From an uncultured bacterium (GTDB lineage: Bacteria > Acidobacteriota > Thermoanaerobaculia > Multivoradales > JAHZIX01), in NCBI GenBank assembly GCA_965368975.1, contig CBDUPA010000001.1, positions 608,001 to 672,000 on the forward strand: 64,000 nucleotides of DNA, in the 5' to 3' direction. Both the position numbers and the translations under genes were made by a program. Positions 37,701-45,754 of the stretch are shown one piece after another (the stretch's first letter is position 1; each line of letters opens with the position of its first letter). Below the pieces are notes generated by a model. That model was not told where the DNA came from. It ran no database searches and was given only the letters and a program-made list of their open reading frames with translations.

Positions 37701-38344
37701 CCGTCGTCACTCGCCAGGTACAGGCGGTATGCCGGCTCCAGGTCGTCCTCGGGTTGCAGGGTCAGGTCGAAGGTCGTGCCGAAGGTGAACACCGGCACCT
37801 CTTCGGCGGCACCTCGGGGAGAGCGTGTCGTCGCGGGTGGGTTGCGCCACTTCGCTTCGTAGGAGGCCACTTCGACCACCTGGACGCCTCGGGAACCCTG
37901 CCAGAGAAGACGTCCGGGACCGTTCACCAGCAACCACAGGCCGAGCACCGCGACGGTGAGTCCGGCAGCTGCCGCGAGCCACCATTGTGGGGTCGTGCGA
38001 GGCCGAGCCGTCCAGGGAGAGGAGTCCGGTTCTTCCGCTGTCCGCAGGCCCTGCAGGCGTTCGAGCACGCTGCCGTGAAACTCCTCGCCCAGCGGTCGGA
38101 ACGCCTCGAAGTCCAAGCGTGTCGCATCCGACCGCTCAGCTTCGAGCCGCAACTCTTCGAGCTCGTCGGTGGACAGCTGGCCGCGTGTCAGCCGGTGTAG
38201 ACGCTGGCCGGTGTGCTGTGCGTCCTCGTGCTCGTCCCGGCGCGCCAGCTCCCCGAGCTGCTCGAGCAGGCCGTCTTCTTCGCGGGGCCCGCCGTTCATG
38301 GGGCTGCCGTTCGTGGGCCCACGATCTGTAGGTATGTCGCTCAT
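34709..38344 (-). CDS. Anti-sigma-like N-terminus + TM + TPR + CHAT (caspase-like) protease fusion
   Basis: ATG 38344 overlaps the ECF stop; helical N-domain, TM WWLAAAAGLTVAVLGLWLLV, TPR helices, CHAT motifs GDLPAARRE, LHVAGHS (His), VLSGCDS (Cys), AFLVAG, WASF. Confidence 0.88.
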   Translation of the reverse strand: MSDIPTDRGPTNGSPMNGGPREEDGLLEQLGELARRDEHEDAQHTGQRLHRLTRGQLSTDELEELRLEAERSDATRLDFEAFRPLGEEFHGSVLERLQGLRTAEEPDSSPWTARPRTTPQWWLAAAAGLTVAVLGLWLLVNGPGRLLWQGSRGVQVVEVASYEAKWRNPPATTRSPRGAAEEVPVFTFGTTFDLTLQPEDDLEPAYRLYLASDDGVLLPWPADDEVTGDEVTASGVVRVRGVVGEDLALDPGSWRLVFVYGPAGAELPAAATLDELQAATEGTDTRWRWLTVPFRIADEVGGGEGVPLEVRYAGCREVRPGPACEPSATVTVWARSAPETDLRVQVDDRAFDTRSEVAQSVDGGWRFTLPIEANPVASGAMEIRVSAIEDGRERTFRLALVEPDQPRWLDEARGWSRRDPERARRLLHEHADEVPEELLGFVLSLQAKLAPSRDEMRQQLEAAVEHHLTQGNLLQLAQDFATLNWLDNESRDFVRRLQHAETIRPRLAELPVSHIPGEATVILGYYEGSLHSDLGDFRTALEVFQDAVETSRRLNLNQHLRDSVLARQALVLQRLGRRDEAAELVRAFAERPDTDHPPCQQAELLNSFAWTQLFDGEGLVDPLPLLRRALESSTTGGGDCDSWLPLDLWLNLALAHTQRGETWEAHAALDQAAAFEARANALHHLWRLDIEGRLALLESNGFKALDTYADMERLAARAFDPQAVWWSKVQQAGAHELLGDVDAALTAYAEAERQVDQQSLLVPLAKGRFAFDNARQLSARRQISLLLDQDRVADAFDAARRSRARVLHSVRQGHRRARLTAEEQARWDLGVAEYVQQRAQSEAAAAEHWTLSRRRLDVAEARYSTRQQQALQALDRSFQVLDTQPPAPPPPLRAGELVLAFHPLAQRGVQPDTADARGAQPWVVFAARLGNDGRPAVESHRFDLDAELLADPPRLADQLLAPFRDAIDASRRLRILAHGPLQDVDVHALPWNGDVVLAALPVVYSLDLTAPASPRTPRRALVVGDPRGDLPAARREAEHTAALLTEHGYTRVESLQQHEATLAALQGRLEDIDLLHVAGHSVRAGRFGWDSALLLADDGRLTLGDVLALPEAPTWVVLSGCDSARALGPSGGREDGARTAGLGLAQAFLVAGSSAVVASLRPVGDRDTEALFHRFYTGNGKNLGERLRQAQLDWRRAEPTADWASFRLLEP

Positions 38345-39003
38345 GGCCGCACCCCCTTGCGCCGACCGGCCTTCGTCGCCGAAGACTCGTCGCGCCGCCT
38401 GCGCTTCGACACCAGCTCGCGACACTTGCGCGCCCGCTTGTAGAGCCGGCTGCGCCACTTGTAGACCGCCGCGACCGTGCGGCCCGAGGCTTCGGCAACG
38501 TGCTCCACCGGGTGCTCGCGCACGAAGAAGAGGTCGAAGAGGTGGAGATCCCCGGCGTGCAAGCCGGCCTGGACACATAGGTAGACCTTGCGCAACTCGT
38601 CCTGGGACAGCGCGTTGTCTTCCGGTGTCCGGCGGACCTCGGCCATCGGCAAGTCCTCGGGCGCGCTGGGCTGCTCCCGCCAGGGACTGCGCCGCGAGCG
38701 CAGTACTTGCGCGGTGCGGATGCGCGCCACGTAGCTGATGAAGCCTTCGAGAGACAGGCGTTCCGGGTCCCAGCGCCGCAGCGTGCGTCCATCGTGCTGG
38801 AACAGCTCGACGAACACCTCCTGCACCATGTCCTCGACCTCCTGCCGTAGATTCCGGCTCGCCGAACTCCCCGTGCGCCAGCGGCGCAACATGCTGGCGA
38901 CGCTCCACTGGATGTCGGGGGTCAGAGCCGCGACGAGCTGCCGCTGCGCGCCTGGATCCCCTTCCAGGGCGAGGTCGACCAGCTCGCGCGTGAGGTCGGG
39001 CAT
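38341..39003 (-). CDS. ECF-family RNA polymerase sigma factor
   Basis: Region 2 EVEDMVQEVFVELF...WDPER..LEGFI; region 4 VAEASGRTVAAVYKWRSRL; 220 aa from ATG 39003. Confidence 0.9.
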   Translation of the reverse strand: MPDLTRELVDLALEGDPGAQRQLVAALTPDIQWSVASMLRRWRTGSSASRNLRQEVEDMVQEVFVELFQHDGRTLRRWDPERLSLEGFISYVARIRTAQVLRSRRSPWREQPSAPEDLPMAEVRRTPEDNALSQDELRKVYLCVQAGLHAGDLHLFDLFFVREHPVEHVAEASGRTVAAVYKWRSRLYKRARKCRELVSKRRRRDESSATKAGRRKGVRP

Positions 39004-39168
39004 GGAAACGTGACTCCGGAGGCGCTGCTTGGAGATCGGATGCTCCCGGGGTGCGTTCTCCAGGAGACAGACAAGTGGTGTGTGCGGTCTTACGGCGTTA
39101 GTGTACATCATCAGTCTCGGTAGGAGTCGGCGAGTGGCGAAGCCGACCAGTGTCGGCCGTCAGAAGTT

Positions 39169-39196
39169 CTCTTTGCGGCCAGCTCGAACTTTGGAC
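39169..39196 (-). promoter_or_regulatory. Putative ECF promoter, copy 1 (autoregulatory)
   Basis: GTCCAAA-GTTCGAGCTGGC-CGCAAAGAG upstream of the ECF gene. Confidence 0.7.
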
Positions 39197-39241
39197 AGGG
39201 CACGCCCCGGCTCGACGCCTCGGAGCCTCGGAAATGGGCCG

Positions 39242-39268
39242 TGCAACCGCCCGGACGTCCTCACGTAA
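39242..39268 (+). promoter_or_regulatory. SigW/RpoE-like ECF promoter for the beta-propeller gene
   Basis: TGCAAC-16 bp-CGTAA, about 45 bp before ATG 39312. Confidence 0.45.
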
Positions 39269-39311
39269 GTGGAGAAGACATTCCATTTCTCTCTTGAAAG
39301 GACGACTATCT

Positions 39312-40988
39312 ATGCGTACCTTCTCCTCCTTCATCCTGCTTCTGCTCACCTTGCTGAGCGCCAGCTGGCTCGCTCCCGACGCCGAAGCGCGCTCGCGCAA
39401 CGCCAAGATCCTGGTCGACGGCGCCGACATCGCCGGCACCAACGGCATCGCCGTCGGCCCGGACGGCCAGCTCTACGTGACCAGCGTCAGTGGTCGCGAG
39501 ATCGTGGTGATGGATCGCCGCTCTGGACGCATCCTCGACCGCCTGGGCATGGACCTCGGTGTCGAGACGCCGGACGACGTGGCCTTCGGTCCGGATGGCT
39601 CGCTCTACTGGACGGCCCTGTTCGCCGGCCAGGTCGGCCGCCTGCAACCCGACGGCACGGCGTCGATCGTCGCCACCCTGCCGCCCGGTCCGAACCCGAT
39701 CGCCTTCAACGCTGAAGGACGCTTGTTCGTGGGTCTGGCAGCGTTCGGCGACGGACTCTACGAGATCGATCCCGAGGGCGTGCAGCCGCCGCGGCTGATC
39801 CTGGCGGCGACCGACGGGCTGAACGGTTTCGCCTTCGGTCCCGATGGCTCGCTTTACAGCCCGCAGACCAGGACTGGCTCGATTGTGAAGATCGACGTCG
39901 ATGCGCCGAGCGTGACCGTCGTCGCCACCGGCTTCACACTGCCGGTAGCGCTCGACTTCGACAGCCAGGGGCGACTCTACGTCAACGACACTGCCGTCGA
40001 CCAGATCGTACGCCTCGACCTGGCGACCGGGCAGCGCGAGGTCTTCGCCGAGCTGTCGGACGGTGTCGACAACCTGGCTTTCGACGCCGACGACAACCTC
40101 TACGTGACCAGCTTGCTACAAGGGTCGGTGCGACGTGTCAGCCAGCCGGTGGGGGCCGCCGAGGCGCACGTACGCACCTTGCGACCGGGCGGAATGACGA
40201 CGCCGGGTGGCGTCGCGGTCTTGCCGTCGGTCGTGCCCGGTGGCGAGCGCGAAGAGGTTTGGATCGCCGACTTCTTCAGCCTGCGCGCCTTCGACGACGC
40301 CTCCGGCCAGGAGCGTGTCTTCGAGCCCTCGATCCCCGGCATCTCCGCCATCACCGCGCCCTTCACTGCCGCTCCGGCACCGGGAACCAACGGCGAGCCG
40401 CGCCTGCTGCTCACGTCGTGGTTGCTCAACGCGGTGCAGCTCTATGCCGCTGAGAGCGGGCAGATCGTGCTCAATCTGAACGACTTCGCCGTGCCGCTGA
40501 ACGCGATTCAGTTCCAGGGCGACCTGGTCGTCGCCGAGCTCGGCACCGGCTCGGTCGTGCGCGCCGATGGTGCCGATCCGTCGCAACGCACGACGATCGG
40601 CGCCGGCCTCTTCGTGCCCACCGGCCTGGCCGCGTCGGACGACGACCTGTGGGCCGCCGATTGGGCCACCGGCAGCGTCTTCCAGCTGATCCAGGCAGGC
40701 CAGGTTCTCGCCGCCCCGGTCCTCGTTGCTTCCGGTCTCGCCGGCCCCGAAGGCCTGGCGCTGCTGCCTGACGGCAACCTGGTGGTGGTCGAGGCGCTGG
40801 CCGGCCGGGTCTCGCGCGTCGACGTCGCGACCGGCGCCGTGACACCGGTTGCGATCGACCTCGGCCTCGGCGCGCCGCCGCCGCCCCTGGCGCCACCGAC
40901 CTGGATCTTCAACGGCGTCGCGGTCGGCGCCCGGGGGCGGCTGTACGTCAGCGGTGACGTCGAGAACGTGGTCTACGAGCTGCGTTGA
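39312..40988 (+). CDS. Secreted tandem beta-propeller protein (SMP-30/gluconolactonase/NHL-like)
   Basis: Signal peptide; repeated NGIAVGPDGQLYV / DDVAFGPDGSLYW / EGLALLPDGNLVV blades. Confidence 0.85.
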   Translation: MRTFSSFILLLLTLLSASWLAPDAEARSRNAKILVDGADIAGTNGIAVGPDGQLYVTSVSGREIVVMDRRSGRILDRLGMDLGVETPDDVAFGPDGSLYWTALFAGQVGRLQPDGTASIVATLPPGPNPIAFNAEGRLFVGLAAFGDGLYEIDPEGVQPPRLILAATDGLNGFAFGPDGSLYSPQTRTGSIVKIDVDAPSVTVVATGFTLPVALDFDSQGRLYVNDTAVDQIVRLDLATGQREVFAELSDGVDNLAFDADDNLYVTSLLQGSVRRVSQPVGAAEAHVRTLRPGGMTTPGGVAVLPSVVPGGEREEVWIADFFSLRAFDDASGQERVFEPSIPGISAITAPFTAAPAPGTNGEPRLLLTSWLLNAVQLYAAESGQIVLNLNDFAVPLNAIQFQGDLVVAELGTGSVVRADGADPSQRTTIGAGLFVPTGLAASDDDLWAADWATGSVFQLIQAGQVLAAPVLVASGLAGPEGLALLPDGNLVVVEALAGRVSRVDVATGAVTPVAIDLGLGAPPPPLAPPTWIFNGVAVGARGRLYVSGDVENVVYELR

Positions 40989-40991
40989 TGG

Positions 40992-43900
40992 TCAAGGTCC
41001 CGCGCGCCCGGTCGAGTCCACGGTGATGTCGACATTGCCCTCCTCTTTGACCCCGATCAGGTTGTCCGCCAGATTGCGGTCGATGCGACGCAAGAAGGGG
41101 TCGATCTCGACGTAGCGCGGCAGCTCGGCGACTTCCAGCACCAGCTGGTCGTCGCCGCGCAGCCGATGGTGCTCGACGAGGATGCGTGCCTCGCCGCGAC
41201 CATGAGCGGCCGGGTGATGGCGGTAGAGCGCAAGCTGGATGTCCTCGTCGAAGTCCAGCGGTACCGAGCTTCCGTCGTCGAGCGCGTGGCGAGCCGCGTG
41301 TACATCGAGGGTGAGCCGGTAGCTGCCGTCCGGCAAAGCCTCGGCGCGCGCTTCTCCCAGGCGCAGGTCGTAGAAGACGATGCGGGTGAACCAGTCCTCG
41401 AGCAGCGCCCGCTGCCGCGCCGAGGCATCGCGTTGCAGCTCGTCGATCAGGTGGCGCGAGGTCAGCCGTCGATCCCCGGCGCGTGCCCGGGCGACCAGGC
41501 GCCGCAGCGCCGCCTCGACCGCCGGCCGGCCGAGCAGGTCATCGGCCGCCATCATCACCAGGGCCCCCTTCGAGTAGTAGAGGTAGGGCTGGTTCAGCAC
41601 CTCGAAGAGCGGCACGTCGCCGCGCGAGCGGCTGCCGAGGTAGAAGTTGCGCTCGTTCCTGAGCGCAGCGGTGACGGCGTCGATTCCCTGGCGCTTGTCG
41701 AGGGTGATCAGTTCGCTGTAGCGAGCTGTCGACTCGACCAGGACGCTGGCACCCGGGGCTTCGGCGGGGGTCACCTGGTGCCCCCACCACTGGTGGGCGA
41801 CCTCGTGCGAGATGCGCTTGGTGAGCAGGTCGAGGGGGGCGTCGGCGTCGAGGTCGGTGAGGAAGCCGCGGTCCTCGACCATGAAGATGGTGCCGGGTGT
41901 CGCCAGGCCGGCGCCGCGTTTGAGCAGGCTGGGGGTTTCGATCAAGCGCAGGTGATCGAGTGGGTAGGGCCCGAAGCGGCGCGACAGGTCTTCGAGCGCG
42001 TCGGTCGCGGCGTCCAGCATGTAGCGAGCGTTGCGTGCGTGTGGTGGGTGGTAGTAGACCTCGACCTCGATGTCGCTCTCGGAGCCGTCGGGCTGGGCTG
42101 TGCGCCGCTCGACGGCGTAGCGGCCCGAGGCGTAGGCGAGGAAGGGCACCACGGGTCGTTCGAGGACGAAGCGGGCCCAGCGCCGCACGGCACCGCCTTC
42201 GGCGTGTTCCCCCGTCGCGACGCGGCGACCGGGGCCGAGCGGGATCTGGTCGCCGTCGGTCGAGAGGGTGACGTCGAGCGTCAAGGTTTGGGTGCTATCT
42301 CCCAGCTGGCCGCTGACCATCGCTCCTTCGAGGGTGAGCGCCCGTTGCGACGGTGGCAGGCCCTGCCGGCGACGCTGCACCGGGTCGCGCAGTTCGCGGC
42401 CCGCTTGGTAGCCGAGGCTGACACCGTGTGCGTTCTGGAAGAGAAAAGAACCGTTGGCCAGGATGTCTCGGTCGACGCCGCCCGCCTGCACGCCGCCGCG
42501 CCGTATCTCCAGGTCGACTCGCAGCTCGGCCTCCTCGCCGGGCGGCAGCGGCTGTGCCAGGTCGAAGCGGTGGACGCCGAAGCGCGCGTCCGACGTGCTG
42601 GCTAGTTGCTCACCGTCCAGTGGCCCGCCGTCCGGCTGCTCGTTGAGAGAGGGGCCGGCGAGAACCAGCCGCTCGATGCGAGCGTCGCGCGGCACGGTGA
42701 CCCAGACGGTGTCGATCGGCAGGTCGGTGTCATTGCGCAGCTGGTACTGACTCGCGGTGCTGAAGCGGCGCTGACGTGGGTACAGGTCGATGGTCGCGCT
42801 CAGGTGGACCAGGCTCGGCTGCGGTAGTGCTTCCAGGTGCTGGTAGCGGCGCTCGTAGTCGGCGCGCCAGGTGTGCACGTCGTCCGCCGTTTCGTAGCCG
42901 TGGACGGCGTGGACCTGGTGCCAGATGGCACCGCCGATCAGCAGCCAGGCAGCTGTCAGCGCCAGCGACCAGTAGCGCACAGGCCGGCCGGCAGGCCCGC
43001 GCCAGAGAGCTGGCAACGCGGTCAGGCGAAAGCGCAGGCGAGCGTCGGTGCCGCGCCGCCACAGGCCGGTAGTCACGATGCCGAGCAGGATGGCGAACAG
43101 GCTCCAGTAGGCGGTCAGCCAATGAAAGCTCTCTGTCTCGGGGCCGAAGCCAGCCATCGCCGAGTACGGGACTTCCGGCATGGAGGCGAGCTGCAGCAGC
43201 GGGTGGTTGAGATGGCCGAGGGCGCCGCCGTACCAGACGACGACGGCGGCAGCGGTGAGCAGTAGACCGAGGTAGCGGTTGGCGCTCAGCGTCTGCAGCG
43301 CTACGGCCACCACGCCGACGATCGCCAGCGGCAGCACGGAGAAGTAGAGCTGCGAGGCGTAGACGCCGAGATCGAGGTCGAAGTACCCGGCGCTGAGCTG
43401 AAACGTCACGGCGACCGTCGTTGACACCGCGGTCAGCAGCAGGAGCAGGCAGCTCAGCACGGTGAGCTTCGAAGTCAGGAAGAGAGCGTTGCTCGCCGGT
43501 GTGGCGTCGACGATCGGTGCCATGCCGACGCTACGTTCGCGCCACACCAGCTCGGCACTGAAGAACACCAGCAGCACCAGGCCGATCAACGTCGAGGCTT
43601 CTTGCAAGCGCGCGACCAGCAGGGCGGTGCTGGGGAGTAGGGTAGAGCCGTACTCGGCATGCTGTACGTACTGCTGTATCTCCAGCAGACTGAGGCCCGC
43701 CCACAGCACCAGCAGTGCCAGCAGCGGCCAGCTACGCAGCGTCTGTTGCAGGTCGAGACGCACGGTAGATAGCCAGGCAGCCAGCGAACTAGGCAGCCAA
43801 GCTCGTGCCTGTTCGGGGGCGGGCGGAGGGAGTGTGGGCGTCAGAGATGAGGTTCGGTGTGGGATCGAGGGTGCGGTATCGAGTGTGGCCCGCCGACGCG

Positions 43901-44753
43901 CGCGCTTGGCGGTTCCCGTGATCCGGAAGTGGAAGACTCGGTACACCACCGCCAGCACGCATCCGGCGAGCGCCATCCACAGCAAGCGGTTGCTGAGCAA
44001 GTGGCCGCTGAGCGCGAGCCGCTGGCGGTTGAGTTCGTCGAGCGACCAGGTATGGGTCTGTTCGATCACCGCCGCGAGGCCGAAGGGATCGAGCAGTGCC
44101 GCCCAGGCCAGGCCCTCGGGCGTGGCGGGCGTCGAGGTGGCGATCAGCGGCGAGTTGCCGAGCATCGAGACGGCGAAGTAGAGCATGTAGACCACTACGC
44201 CACCGACATACGTGGCCAGCGTGCTGCGCGACAGCACCGCCAGGGCGAACAGCAGGCTGCCGACGATCAGCAGGTTGGGCACCACCAGCACGACGAAGGA
44301 CCACAGGTAGTCGAAGGCGTGGATCGGGCCGAGCTGGCTGGGATCATGACGGCCGAGGAGCAGGCCGAGGTTGTGCCCGAGCCACTGGCCGAGCGGTACC
44401 CAGGCGAAGATCGCCACCGCGACCAACCACACGGCGGCGAAGCTACCCAGCAGGTAGGTGCCGCGCGTCAGAGCGGTGCTATAGATCACCTCGGTCATGC
44501 GATGGGTGCTGTTGCGCAGCACCGACTGCGCGCACAGCACCGTCAGCGGGAAGACGCTGGCAATCGTCAGCAGCGCCATGCCGTGGGCGATCTGGTACGG
44601 CGAGTTGAGCAAGCTCTCACCCGGCAAGCGGCCGAAGGCGGTGAGGGCGAAGGCGAGGAAGCCGAAGATGACGACGGCGATGGCCGTGGTCGGACGGCGC
44701 AGATGGTAGCGCAGCTCGAAGCTGAGGAAGCCGGGGAATTGTTGGTCGAGCAT
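40992..44753 (-). CDS. ABC-2 type permease / M1 aminopeptidase fusion
   Basis: Two multi-TM permease halves, then HEVAHQWWG with downstream Glu (LVES) and YSKG; start ATG 44753. Confidence 0.9.
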   Translation of the reverse strand: MLDQQFPGFLSFELRYHLRRPTTAIAVVIFGFLAFALTAFGRLPGESLLNSPYQIAHGMALLTIASVFPLTVLCAQSVLRNSTHRMTEVIYSTALTRGTYLLGSFAAVWLVAVAIFAWVPLGQWLGHNLGLLLGRHDPSQLGPIHAFDYLWSFVVLVVPNLLIVGSLLFALAVLSRSTLATYVGGVVVYMLYFAVSMLGNSPLIATSTPATPEGLAWAALLDPFGLAAVIEQTHTWSLDELNRQRLALSGHLLSNRLLWMALAGCVLAVVYRVFHFRITGTAKRARRRATLDTAPSIPHRTSSLTPTLPPPAPEQARAWLPSSLAAWLSTVRLDLQQTLRSWPLLALLVLWAGLSLLEIQQYVQHAEYGSTLLPSTALLVARLQEASTLIGLVLLVFFSAELVWRERSVGMAPIVDATPASNALFLTSKLTVLSCLLLLLTAVSTTVAVTFQLSAGYFDLDLGVYASQLYFSVLPLAIVGVVAVALQTLSANRYLGLLLTAAAVVVWYGGALGHLNHPLLQLASMPEVPYSAMAGFGPETESFHWLTAYWSLFAILLGIVTTGLWRRGTDARLRFRLTALPALWRGPAGRPVRYWSLALTAAWLLIGGAIWHQVHAVHGYETADDVHTWRADYERRYQHLEALPQPSLVHLSATIDLYPRQRRFSTASQYQLRNDTDLPIDTVWVTVPRDARIERLVLAGPSLNEQPDGGPLDGEQLASTSDARFGVHRFDLAQPLPPGEEAELRVDLEIRRGGVQAGGVDRDILANGSFLFQNAHGVSLGYQAGRELRDPVQRRRQGLPPSQRALTLEGAMVSGQLGDSTQTLTLDVTLSTDGDQIPLGPGRRVATGEHAEGGAVRRWARFVLERPVVPFLAYASGRYAVERRTAQPDGSESDIEVEVYYHPPHARNARYMLDAATDALEDLSRRFGPYPLDHLRLIETPSLLKRGAGLATPGTIFMVEDRGFLTDLDADAPLDLLTKRISHEVAHQWWGHQVTPAEAPGASVLVESTARYSELITLDKRQGIDAVTAALRNERNFYLGSRSRGDVPLFEVLNQPYLYYSKGALVMMAADDLLGRPAVEAALRRLVARARAGDRRLTSRHLIDELQRDASARQRALLEDWFTRIVFYDLRLGEARAEALPDGSYRLTLDVHAARHALDDGSSVPLDFDEDIQLALYRHHPAAHGRGEARILVEHHRLRGDDQLVLEVAELPRYVEIDPFLRRIDRNLADNLIGVKEEGNVDITVDSTGRAGP

Positions 44754-44754
44754 C

Positions 44755-45648
44755 TCAGGCCGCCTCGAGGACGGAGAAGTAGAGGTCTTCGAGTCCGGGC
44801 TCGGTGGTACGGAACGGTTCGCCGCCCGAGGTGTCGGGCTGCTCGTCGGGGTTGGAGCCATCGGTCAGGACGCGCACGCATGTCTGCCCGGCCTGCAACT
44901 GGGTAGACAGCACGTGGAAGCGCGAACGGTAGGCGTCGAGGGCGGCACGCTCGACTGGCCGGCTCCACACCCTGCCGCGCAGCGCGTCGACCAGCTGCCT
45001 TGGTTCACCCTGGGCAACCACGCGACCTTGGTGCAGGATGGCCATCTGCAGGCACAGCTGGCGCACGTCCTCGACGATGTGGGTCGACAGCACCACCACC
45101 CGCTGCTCGCCGATCTCGGCCAGCAGGTCGTGGAAGCGGTGGCGCTCCTCGGGGTCGAGGCCGGCCGTTGGCTCGTCGACGATCACCAACCGCGGCGCGC
45201 CCAGCAGCGCCTGTGCGATGCCGAAGCGTCGCCGCATGCCGCCGGAGAAGCTGCTTACCGCCTGCTTGCGCTGTGTGTACAGGTTGGTGCGCGCGAGCAG
45301 CGCGTCGACCTGTTCACGCCGTTGCTGGCGGTCGGTGAGGCCCTTGAGTAGCGCCAGGTGATCGAGCAGGTCGAGCGCCGAGACGCCAGGGTAGACGCCG
45401 AATTCCTGCGGCAGGTACCCCAGGCCGCGCCGGTGCTCGCGCGGCTGCGTGAAGATGTCGTGGCCATCGAAGTGGATGTGGCCGGCGTCGGCGGTCTGGA
45501 GCGTCGCCAGGGTGCGCATCAGGGTCGATTTACCCGAGCCGTTGGGGCCGAGCAGGCCGAATAGGCCGGTGTCGATGTCGAGGTCGACGCCGTCGAGGGC
45601 GCGCACGCCGTTGGTGTAGGTCTTGGTCAAGCCACGAATTTCCAGCAT
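44755..45648 (-). CDS. ABC transporter ATP-binding protein
   Basis: GPNGSGKST, FSGGM, IVDEP, STH. Confidence 0.95.
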   Translation of the reverse strand: MLEIRGLTKTYTNGVRALDGVDLDIDTGLFGLLGPNGSGKSTLMRTLATLQTADAGHIHFDGHDIFTQPREHRRGLGYLPQEFGVYPGVSALDLLDHLALLKGLTDRQQRREQVDALLARTNLYTQRKQAVSSFSGGMRRRFGIAQALLGAPRLVIVDEPTAGLDPEERHRFHDLLAEIGEQRVVVLSTHIVEDVRQLCLQMAILHQGRVVAQGEPRQLVDALRGRVWSRPVERAALDAYRSRFHVLSTQLQAGQTCVRVLTDGSNPDEQPDTSGGEPFRTTEPGLEDLYFSVLEAA

Positions 45649-45754
45649 CGTGTATCTCCTATCGTGAGCACTGCTTCATGAGCATTGGAGGGCATAGCTT
45701 CGCCATCGCCGGCTCAGGACCGGCTGCGGCAAGCGGGTTTTTGTCTGTTGCAGT

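Noticed and set aside
34709-38344. CRISPR-associated (Craspase) or gasdermin-activating CHAT
   Set aside because: No cas genes, CRISPR array or gasdermin-like ORF seen in the window.
38352-38412. Fourth promoter copy inside the 3' end of the ECF gene (GTCGAAG / GACGAAG ... CGCAAGGGG)
   Set aside because: Half-sites resemble the motif but the spacing does not match the 28-bp pattern of the three intergenic copies.
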